Source: Azolla caroliniana (lineage: Eukaryota; Plantae; Polypodiophyta). Taken from it: 64,000 nucleotides of DNA. This document shows, one piece after another, positions 1-10,540 of the stretch. The stretch is from the NCBI GenBank assembly GCA_043228905.1, contig JBHGNT010000015.1, positions 5,766,001-5,830,000 of the forward strand, in the 5' to 3' direction. The notes under the pieces are model-generated. The model was not told the DNA's origin. It made no database searches and was given only the letters and a program-made list of their open reading frames with translations. The translations under genes were made by a program, and so were the position numbers. Position 1 is the stretch's first letter, and each line of letters opens with the position of its first letter.

Positions 1-580
1 CTTCATAGGTGGCGATGATCATCCCTGCCCGGTTCTGCGGCATGACAGGGGGTCTAGGGTACACATGGCCGTATTCGTGGAGCACACGGGCAATCTCGCG
101 GAACAACATATCTCCGCCGCCCTGTGTCCGGTAGCCCTTGCTGGCTAGGGAGTACTCACCAAAATACTTGATGAGTTGCTCCGAGGTCGGATTGTCAATC
201 GTGAATATGCCTCCCTCCGGAAGGCCTGTTAATGCACGGATCGCCTCATCTGTTATGACCTCTGTGTCGATTTCTTTGATCACCTTGTCGGCTTCTTTGT
301 GTGGCGGTGCCTCCATAATCGTCAAGAAGCCCTCGAGCCCGTGTTGCTTTAGCCATTTCTTGGCGGCTTCCGACAGCGTTTGCGGGTCCATGTCTGTGTC
401 AAGGTCGGATTGTGGTGGCGAGGTTGGATGGTGATGAGAGTGAGAGTGAGAGAGTTCAAAAAGTGGGGGCTCTCTATGCGTAGGTTCTCGTCTGATGATC
501 TTCCAACGCCTTGGGGCTTCTGTGCTCCTGGGTTCGCGAAAGTAGAGGGTCTCCACGCGCAGTGGTTTTTCTCTGTGCAT
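1..580 (-). CDS. Extra ORF 3' of pol in Gypsy-1, runs off the window edge; absent from the ORF track
   Basis: Hand translation from ATG 580 is open to base 1: MHREKPLRVE...MDPQTLSEAAKKWLKQHGLEGFL...VITDEAIRALTGLPEGG...LFREIARVLHEYG. Same strand as pol, separated from it by an AT-rich spacer. Confidence 0.7.
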   Translation of the reverse strand, partial: MHREKPLRVETLYFREPRSTEAPRRWKIIRREPTHREPPLFELSHSHSHHHPTSPPQSDLDTDMDPQTLSEAAKKWLKQHGLEGFLTIMEAPPHKEADKVIKEIDTEVITDEAIRALTGLPEGGIFTIDNPTSEQLIKYFGEYSLASKGYRTQGGGDMLFREIARVLHEYGHVYPRPPVMPQNRAGMIIATYE

Positions 581-773
581 TCTGGCGCCTTTTTCGAGCG
601 TGTGCACGTCGTGTACTAAAATAGCATTATGTCCTATGGCGGCGCTTAAATGCCCACTACGTACCTTTTCGCTCCTCGCTCTCTCATCCATTCATACCTC
701 GCTTTTGCATGATTACTTCACTTTTTTTTATTATTTTTAAATTTATTTATTTTAATTTTAATGTAGTGTGAGG

Positions 774-3700
774 TTACTTGTCCGTTAGCCCTATTGGACC
801 CTTACCGGCCTCATTACTGTTTGCCGTCGCCTCATTCTCCCCAGTTACCGGCTTGCCGTCTCCTCCATCTTGGTGGTTGCCGTTTCCCTCACAGGTTGCC
901 GTTTCCGCACCGGTTCCCAATCCGGTGTCGGTTCTTTGCTCAAATGGGTTCTTGGGCATCGGTCCTCTATATGGCTTCAATCTGAATCCGTTGACCCATT
1001 TGCCTAGCACTTTGTCGGCAAGTGTCCCTAACTTGTAGGACCCATTATACTCACGTGTCAGCCAATACGGGCCGGTCCATCTAAACCGTAGTTTACCCAG
1101 CATCTTGCCCATCCGGGTCTGAAATACTAACACCGGCTTGCCGATTTCGAACATTTTTTCATTTCCTTTCCTGTGTCGGTCGACAAATGCTTTCCGTCGT
1201 CGTTGTTCCAATTCTAAGTGCAGGATGCTTGCCAGCCGTTGTTCCTCAAGTTCACACAGCGCTGTTAACCGTATTGCCTCCGACTCCTTCTCGTTCAGCC
1301 GTTCCCGTAGCTGGATCCGTAAGCTTGGTACTTGGAATTCCATCGGCATGATCGCCTCTAGTCTGAATGCTAACCGGAACGGCGTTGTTTGGATGCTCGT
1401 TTTGTATGCTGTCCGGTATGCCCAAAGCGCGCTATGTAGCTTGGTATCCCAATCAGTTCGGTTTTCGTTGACGATCTTCCGGAGGATATTCTGGAGCGTT
1501 TTGTTCGTCGACTCAGCTAACCCGTTTGCTTGCGGATAGTACGGTGTGCTCCGTTTATGGACAACGACATAGAATGTCGTCAGGCTTTCAACTACTTGGC
1601 CGAGAAAGTGCCCCCCTTGGTCGCTTATTAATTCGATTGGGCATCTGTAATGGCACTAGATGTATTCGTATAGAAATTTTGCCGTTGACGCAGCGGTGTT
1701 GTCTCTTAAGGCTTTGGCCTCCACCCATTTCGTGTAGTAATCCGTCGCGACGATGACGTACCGATTACTTGTTCTCATTTCCGGTGGTTTGAACGGTCCA
1801 ACAAAGTTCAGCCCCCACTTCTGGAATGGTTCGAGTGGTAGTACATGCTGGTGTGGCATCTGAGCTTGCTCCGTTGGCTGGCCCATTCGCTGGCACAGGT
1901 CACATTCTTTTGCGTACTGTACAACATCTCTTAATGTAGTTGGCCACCATAGGCCACTTTGCCATATTTTCCTGGCCGTCGCATCTCCGGCATAGTGACC
2001 TCCAGCAACTCCGCAGTGGGCTTCCTTCAGTATAAGGTCCTTTTCATCGCTGCGCGTAGCCCGTCTCCATATGCCGTCCGTGCCCTTGTGGTAAAGTGTG
2101 GCTCGTAGTAAGTAGAAATGTCGGCTTTGCACCGCCAGGCGTTTCCTTTCATCTCGGTTCATCTCTTCCGGAGGCAGTCCTGTGCTCAGAAACTGGTGCA
2201 TATTTGTGAGCCACTTGTCTTCTTGTGCCACCGTCTCATCTGCTGCCGTTTCCGTAGTGACTCGAAACAGCTCCGCATCTGGAAACTCGTCCACTACTCC
2301 GTCGCCCGTCTCTCCGGACTCTAATCGGCTTAAATAATCCGCTACGACATGCTGTATACTGGGTCAGTGGAATATTTCGAAGAATTCCTGTAATAGTAAG
2401 GTCCACCGAGCCAACTTACCGGTGAGTGACGCCTTGGACACCAGGTAGAGGAGTGCCGAATGATCTACATGGAAGGAAAACTTCCTTCCCAATAAATAAT
2501 GCCGAAACTTTGTCACACTGTAGATCATCCCTAGAGCTTCCCATTCCGTGGTAGAGTAGTTCCGTTCCGCATGGGATAGCTTTCGGCTGGCATAGTACAT
2601 TGGCCGGTACCACTTTGGCTCCGTAAGTTGCATCAGTACGCTTTCGATTGAGATGTCGGTGGCATCCACGAAAACATGAAATTCTTTACTCCAATCCGGA
2701 GGCTGCACTACCGGTGCTTGCGACAATAGTACCTTGAGGGCCCTATACGCCCTATCCTCGGTGTCGGTCCACTGGAATGGTGTCCGATGTACAACGGCAT
2801 GCAACGGTGTAGCCAGGTCGGCCAAGTATCGGAGCATCCGGCTGTGCCACCGGATCTGGCCTAAGAACCGGCTCAATGCCTTTGCCGTTGCCGACGCTGG
2901 TGCTTCTAATATGGCTTTCACTTTGTCCGGGTCGACTGCAATGCCTTCCTGGCTCACAATATGTCCTAGTAAGGTTCCATTGGACACGCCAAATACACAC
3001 TTCACCGGATTCAAGCTTAGCCGGTACGCTCTACACTTTTCTAGACAAAGACGGAGGTGCTGAAAATGGTCCTCCTCCCGGCTATAGACGGCGAAATCGT
3101 CAAGGAAAACCTGCATAAAAGCCGGGATATATTCACCAAAGATTTCCATGATAATTCGTTGAAATGTTGCCAGTTCGGTTTTGAGTCCGAACATCATCAC
3201 CACGGCCACAAACACCCCCCATTCGGTGACGAAAGTCGTTTTCTCTTGGTCGTCGGGGTGCATCCGGATCTGATTATACCTGCTGAATCCGTCTAGAAAG
3301 CTATAGACCTCATGGCCGGCGATGACATCCAACACTCCATCTGTGAACGGAAGTGGAAACACATCCGTTACCGTAGCCGCATTGAGTTTCCGGTAGTCCA
3401 CACAAACTCGAATTTTTCCGTTCTTCTTCGGTATGACTACGATCGGGCTCAGCCATGTCGCTTTCTTTACCGGACGGATAAAGCCAACTCTTAGCAGTTT
3501 GTCGATTTCCTCCTTGACTTTGGCGGCATAATTGGGATTCATCCGGTACCGTCTTTGTGCCACTGGTTTTGCATCCTTGCTCAAGTGAATCTGATGCTGG
3601 TATAACTGAGGGTCGAGCCCTCGCATGTCTTTGTATGACCAGGCAAACACGTCGCGAAATTCCGTGAGAATTGTGATCATCGCCGTTTTGTCTTCGGACT

Positions 3701-6587
3701 TCATCTCCTTGGCGATGTGCACCGGTTTTGCTTCGTCCGTGGTCCCTAGGTTCACCTCTTCAAGTTGCGACGCTTTTACGCGTTGTGAAACGGCCATTTC
3801 CCGTTCCAACGGTTCTTGCGCTTGCCGTAACTCTCGGATTGCGTCTTTATCCGATTCTACTTCAGTCTCTTCCGGCTGCGGTAAGTATGGTGCTACTGCT
3901 TCGGCAATGTCAATTTCGAAGAGGGGTACGATCTTTGGGTTTTCCTGCAAGTACTGAGCTTCTTCTTCGTCAGCTAACCCTTCTAGCATGTTGACGTACT
4001 CTGCATACAACGGTTTACATTCCTTGCCAGTGCTCGTCCTTGGCTGTGTTGGTACCCGTACCTTGGCTTTTCCTCGCCGGAAGGTAATTATATTTTTCCT
4101 CCAATTCTGTTTGATATGTGCCGTTTTCAACCACAGCCACCCCAACAATAGCGGGTATGCGCCTTGTGCCTGTAATTGTAGCACTACTGCCGAGATGTGA
4201 AATGTATGACCGCCAACAGTGACTTCTAATTTTCGTATTAATCCTGTCGGCGACACTGAGCTTGTATCGGCCATCTGTAACCAGAATGGACACGGCTCCC
4301 ACTCGTGGATTCCCAGGGCATCACACGTCCGGAGGCTTATTACATTCACCCCGGAGCCTCCGTCTATTACTGTGCCAGGGATTTCTTTCCCTTTTACAAT
4401 GGCAGTAATTACCAGACTGTTGGTGTCCACCACCGTTGGTCCCTCCTCCGGATTCGAGAAGAGTACCGGTGCCGGTGATGATTCTCCTTCCGTCATGGCT
4501 GTCTTCAGTCCTTCCGTGAATCTTGGCACGAGTTGTAGGAGTCTTCCTAGTGGCAGTGTAATCTGGCATTCTTGCAACGCTTGCCATGTCTCGTTCTTGG
4601 AGTGACTGCCGCTGGCAAGCCCTACGGTGTTCTCCTTTTGCCGCTGTAAGTCTGTGACGTTTTGCTCGTTTGCTTTCTTCACCCATTCCATCGCTTGCTT
4701 CCGGATGGTCTCTTGCGTCTCCCATTCCTTGGCCATGCCCTTTGACCTTGTGGTCACCTGTTGCAGATCTGCCACTTCAGGGACTACCATATTTACTGCC
4801 GATCGTTTGTCATAGCTCTTCGCCGGGCATTGATTACTATAATGGCCTTCCTGTCGGCAGTAGTAGTAGTAGGCTTTCCGGGTATTGCTGGATTCGGCAT
4901 TGTCTGTTGTACCCGAGGTAGGTCCTGTGGTAAGCGCGGGGTTTTGGGCCGGTTGGCTGCTTGAAGCTCCTTGTTCCGGATCCCGTGGGTGGCCGCCTTT
5001 TTTGAAATGCCGTTTTTTGTTATAGTTCTTCTTATTGCGGTACTCTTGACGAGGTTGGTCGTTATATCTGCCGTATTCCTCCCATTGCTGACGATACCTG
5101 GGGGAGTGCTCCCGGTCGTAATGTTCGTATCGTCTATTGTAATCCCGGTACCGATCATATCTATCATACCGGTCGTAGTTATCCCGCCGATCACCATACC
5201 GGACATCATTCTCCCGTCGATCGCCATACCGGACATCCTGTGACAGTCGGTCGCGGTCCATTCGCCGCCAGCGTTCCTCTTCTTCATCCCGGCTGCTGCG
5301 TGGCTCTATTTGTCGGACGGGCGGTGCTTGCCGGTTCAATAGATTATACTCGCACCTATCCGTCGTATGGCCCTTGGATTGACAGATTACACATTGCGTC
5401 CTCATAGTGCATTCTAGTGCCGAGTGTCCGGAATTCAAGTAGGTTGTGCACTGTATTGCTTGCCGAAACCGGAGGTCTTCATCGGACGGTAACACCCGTT
5501 GGAGTGCTCCCAGTGTGAGCCAGGAGCTTGTCTTTTCCATCTCTCTCACCCGGTCAATGACCTGGTCGATGGTACTTGCGCGGAAGTCAATTACCGTGCA
5601 AACCGTGCGTAGGGGTTCCCGGAGTGCATTTAGGAATATAGTCCGTAATTCCTCCTCCGGGGGTGCGCGGGCAAGCTGACTATGCATCCGTTGAAACCGG
5701 ATGACAAACTGGGGAATGCTCTCCCCTGCCTCCTGTTGGATGGTATAAAATAAGCCCACCATTACTGTTTGGTCCACCTCCTTTTGGAAAAAATGCAAGA
5801 ATTTAGCTTTTAAATCTGCGAAGGTGGTGATGGTACACGGGTCCTGCGTCCGGCGCCATCTCGCTGCCGGTCCCTCCAATGTGATGCCAAATTCTGCTAT
5901 CTTAGAGCGTTCCTCTTCCTCCGGGGTCAATTGCTGGGACACATGGTTTGCTTCCCATGTCTGTTCAAAGGCGTGAACATGAGCTTCCGCGTCCGGATCA
6001 TCTCTATACTTGGAGTACTGGAACGGCATGTCGTCGTCCAGTATTGGTGCGTGGGCTGGCGGTGTTGGTGGTTGTTCATGGTTTTTCTCTGGCGTCGGTG
6101 GTCTTTCCTCTTCTGTTGGTGATGGAGGCCTCTCCTCCTCGACTTTCGGTGTCGGAGGTCACTCTTCCTCTGCTGGTGCCGGAGGTTCCAGCCTTAGCAC
6201 TTCCGGTTCTGGTGTCGGTAAGGTGTCCGATCCTTCGTCCTCCGGTCCGCCTGGGGTTTCGTTGCTGCTACGGTAGTTCGTGTGCACGCTGTATTCCCCT
6301 TCGGAATCTGATTCATACGCTGAAAAGGCTTCTGCTTCTCCTTCTCCGCTTGCCAACGCCTGGAGAAGGGATTCGGTTTCCCGGAGGCTGCTTAGGCTGC
6401 TGCCGTCGTCCGGGTGCGATGTTTGTTGTAACCAGAGGGACTCCTCCGCTACTCTCCGGATTACGTTGGAAAATGAGTGATCCGCTCTAATTTCCTGCGC
6501 CGCTTGCTAGAAAGACTCACGTCTCCTTTACCTTTCGGCAAGGCGTCGAGTTCGATCTGTAACCAGGTTGTGCGTTGATCTAGTCAT
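774..6587 (-). pseudogene. gag-pol of Gypsy-1 (disrupted)
   Basis: Starts MTRS at 6587. Three CCHC-like knuckles, PR IDGGS, RT LDGFS/FLDDF, RH VDA..YYASR, IN H-H-C-C and GPY motif. Broken into ORFs 2364-6029, 1656-2294 and 774-1349. Confidence 0.92.
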
Positions 6588-6620
6588 CCATTCGTGCCGT
6601 CTTTTGCTGCAAAAACAGGA

Positions 6621-6638
6621 ATCGTGGTCGCCAAAAAT
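6621..6638 (-). promoter_or_regulatory. Primer-binding site TTTTTGGCGACCACGAT
   Basis: TGGCG.. motif adjacent to the LTR, of the Athila/Tat type. The priming tRNA was not determined. Confidence 0.7.
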
Positions 6639-6791
6639 TGTGTTAACTCTTAGGGCCGGACAATGGCCTAACACAGGGTGTCTACGGAAGACACTTCACC
6701 AAAGGGGTGTTACGGCAAGAGGATTAGGCTCAACGATTAATCCGACTTAATTAGGTTACTTAGCAAGATCATTCTTAATAATCACACGCGT

Positions 6792-7604
6792 TGTCGTAGT
6801 GTAGGTTGCACACTATGTGGAAATTATATTTTTGTCCCTCCGGATAGAGAATGGAGTGCTCGGTGAGAACCGGAAGAAAACGGCATACCGGCAAGGAGGA
6901 AAACGGCATACCGGCAAGGAAGAAAACGGCATACCGGCAAGGAAGAGCCGGATAAAGAGACATAAATGTAAAAAAGAAGGAAATACTCACTACTGCGCAG
7001 GGCGTGATTCGAACTCTGCACCTCCACGTTAACAAACCTCAACCTTACCATTACATTAACTTATCTTAAGTGTTTTAAATATAGATTTAATATGTATAAG
7101 ACCTTTATTTATGCATACCTTTATTAAAAGGTAAATCGTGTATTTCTTTAATATATGAAAAAGAAAAAACACGAGACACTAAAAATAACTCATGCACATC
7201 TAGCGTGCATGAGCCCTATACTTAGGAAATAAAAAAGCATCACATGCACATTTTTAGGGGACATGAACACTTTTTGTAAAAAAAAAAGAAGCATGAAGCC
7301 ATGCTTAGCTCTTCTTTCCTTATATAAGGAGGAGAGAAATATGTAAAGGGTTGTTGATTATTTGGATTAAGAATTAATCAATACAAAAATTATTCGTGGG
7401 ATTCACGATTTATACGTCTACTTCTCTCTTAACACCCTAAGTACTAATTAATATAGTATACTCGTGTGATTCACGAGTTTCTTATCTTTCTCTTTGCTAT
7501 TTACTCATAATTAATCTCTATCTCACGAACTTCTTTCTCCTAGTCCAAGACCTCTGTGGTTCCCACCCGACTCACGCAACGATCCGGAGCCGAAAGGCAC
7601 GACA
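6792..7604. mobile_element. Solo LTR-like insert with 4-bp TSD GCGT
   Basis: TGTCGT...ACGACA ends. GCGT at 6788-6791 and 7605-7608. Absent from the sister LTR at 55840. TATA-like motif near 7320. Confidence 0.85.
6872..6946 (+). repeat. 3 x 23-bp tandem repeat (AAAACGGCATACCGGCAAGGARG)
   Basis: Core motif at 6881, 6904 and 6927. Confidence 0.9.
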
Positions 7605-7892
7605 GCGTAAGATATAACAATGAATGCAGAACGACAATTAACATAGAGAGATGAAAACACTAAGCTTTATTAATTAACCGCTGCTCATTACATTGTATCC
7701 AGGCCTTTAAATAGGTTTCCGGTTTGTATTACAAAACGGTGCCATCCGCACCTGTTCGGGATCGGTCCGGATCCGGAACGGCATACCGATTCTGGTCCGT
7801 CCGTCCACACTAATAGCTTACTTACAACCATTCCTTAATAATTAAATATCTCCTTCGTTTCACACTCTGGACTCCTATGCCGGCCGGTAACA

Positions 7893-10425
7893 GCCGTAGT
7901 GAAGATGTCAGCAACCTGAAGGTTCGTGCTGATGTGTTGTAGATCAACATCGCCAGCCTGAACGCGATCTTAGATGAAGTGATAGTGTACTTCAATCTAC
8001 TTAGTTCGTGCATGGGACACTGGGTTCTGAGCCAAGGAGGGATTGTTCATGTTGTCGTAGTATAGGGGAATCAGATCCTTGATGGGAATGACTAGATCCT
8101 TCAAAATTCTTTTTAGCCACACGGCTTCACAAGCGGTGACGGTCGCGTCCTTGTATTTGGCTTAAGTGCTCGACAATGCGACTGTCAACTGCTTCTTGCT
8201 GCTCCACGAGATGGCTCCGCTATCGAGGTTTTATAGCCGGCCCAATCTACATCTATTTACCCTTCAAGCCGAATGATCATATCCGACTTATACATAATGT
8301 CATAATCCACCGTCCCATGATCGTATTTGAGTACTTTCTTAGCACAATCGAGATGTATATCCCAAGGTTTCTGCATGAATTGGCTAAGTAGATCAACCGG
8401 ATAGCTGAGGTCAGGTCGGGTGATGCTTAGATAGATTAAGTTGCCAATCAGTTGACGATACTGAATAGGCTCGCAATCTTCTGTTTCCGAATCGACATCA
8501 AGTTTAGGTTTTGATTGAGAAGGATAGACACAAGTTTGCACTCAGTCATCCCAAACTTGTAGAGCAAATTGAGAATGTTGTGCCATTGAGAGATCAATAT
8601 CCCGACTAGTGTTCGAATGACTTTGATACCGAGGAAGTAATGGAGCTTGTGCATATCTTTCATTTCGAATCTGCCGGATAGGAGTGATTTGACCTTATTA
8701 ATGTCAGTTAGATTCTTCCTCTGATGACCAGATCATCCACGTACATGATGATGACAATTGGGTTGTTTGACTCATTTCTGATGTACAAGGAGTTGTCTGA
8801 TTTCGACATTTAGAAGCCCATTTGGTGAAGACATTGGGTGATCTTCAAATGCTAAGCACGCGGTGCTTGCTTGAGACCGTATAGCGGTTTCGTGAGTCGG
8901 TAGATTGTTTTCGGGTGTTTGCTCAATTCAAAACTAGGTGGTTGAATCATGAAGACCTCTTCTAATTTTCCTTGTAGGAAGGAGTTCTTTACGTCCATTT
9001 GGTGGAGGTGCCACCCTTTTGTAGCTGCAAAAGCAATGACTATCCGAACAATCATCATCTTTGCCACCGGGGCAAAGGTCTCCTCATAGTCGATTTTGTG
9101 TGTTTGAGCATATCCCTTAGCTACGAGTCAACATTATATTAAACCTTGAAAATCCACCTACAGCCGATTGCTTTCTTGTGTGGAGAATGGGGGACGAGAT
9201 CCCATGTCTTTTTTCTGCTTGAATCCTGCATCTCCTCGTTCATGGATTCAATCCATCGTGGATCCTTGGCTGCCTCGAAAAAGGTTTCTAGTTGTCAGAC
9301 TATCACCACCTTCATCATAAAGGCATAATGATATGTCATATACTCATAATAGCTGAATCGGCTAACCAGGTTTTTCTCTTGGGTGGAGCGACGAAGCTTC
9401 TTGTTTGCAGAGACTAAGGATTTCTTTGCTCCAATCGTTCGGATGATTGGGATGTCAAGGCCTTCAAATTCACTATCAAGGGAGTGAGTTGACTCATTGT
9501 CGATTGGATCTTTGTATTCTAGCATTTTGACCTTCCCTTTGTCGAGCTTCGGACTCGGCCGAGATGTGTTTTGGTCATTCGGGGGCTCTTGCGGTTCACT
9601 CAGCCTTGTCGTTGGGCTGTCTTCGAACATGCGCCTCATTCGATCTTCATCTTCTATCTCTCGTTCGGCCGATTCCGGGTCGATTGGGGTCGGAATCAGA
9701 GTCGTCTTTGGTTCGTACTAGGATGCGAACTCGTCGAAAATGACGTTTTGACTCACTCGAACTTTTGGGTTGATGGATTGTAACATTTGTGCCCATTTTG
9801 TTCGAGTGAGTACCCTACGAGGATACATTTCTCCGACCTGGGATTGAGCTTTTGTTGCTTCTTGTTGGGAATATGTACATAAGAAATTGAGCCAAATATC
9901 CGGCTTCTTTCCGAAGAACTTCTCGTGAGGAATTACGTCGTGTACCCCAGAGGTTGTACACTTGTTCATGAGATAGAGAACTGTGTTAGCCGCTTCTTCC
10001 CAGTACGATTTTGGTAGGTTCTTCTCATTCATCATTGCCATTGCCACCTCTACTATGTGCCGATTCTTGCGTTCGGCTACTCCATTTTGTTGAGGCGTGT
10101 GTCGGCATGAGAATTCTCGTCGAATTCCTTCCATTCGGAGATAAGCTATAAATTCATCCGAGAAATACTCGTTGCCTCTATCTGATCGAAGGCATCAGAC
10201 ATGTTGACTAGTGACTTTTTTTACTTCATTTTTAAACTCTTGGAAGTGTCTGAACACTTTGCTCTTTTGCCGCATAGGGTAAATCCAGGTATGCCTGGAG
10301 AAATCGTCGATGAACATAACATAATATTGGCATCTGCCGAATGTTGCCATCTCGGTTGGTCCCCATACATCGGAATGTACTACATCCAAGATCCCTTTGC
10401 TCACGTTCCTCTCTTTCGGGAACAG
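7893..10425 (-). mobile_element. Copia-A remnant (IN-RT-RH)
   Basis: [53 protein letters not shown]. Many stops. 5' part missing. Confidence 0.9.
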
Positions 10426-10469
10426 TGTTAAAGATTGCTTGCGGAAGCGTTAGAAAGAACAATACACAA

Positions 10470-10488
10470 AGAGAGAGAGAGAGTACGC

Positions 10489-10538
<50 letters not shown>
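10470..10538 (+). repeat. (GA)n microsatellite within LTR
   Basis: Directly visible. Not expanded in the sister LTR at 59118. Confidence 0.95.

Positions 10539-10540
<2 letters not shown>

Larger units (their letters stand above)
1..7892 (-). mobile_element. Gypsy-1: non-chromovirus (Athila/Tat-related) LTR retrotransposon, 3' end outside window
   Basis: Order gag-PR-RT-RH-IN-extra ORF, with 5' LTR and PBS. Inserted at the end of the Copia-A RNase H (ADIFT). Confidence 0.9.
6641..7892 (-). repeat. 5' LTR of Gypsy-1 (about 435 bp once the nested insert is removed)
   Basis: TGTTA...TAACA ends. Colinear with the reverse complement of solo LTR 55840-56273. Confidence 0.9.
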
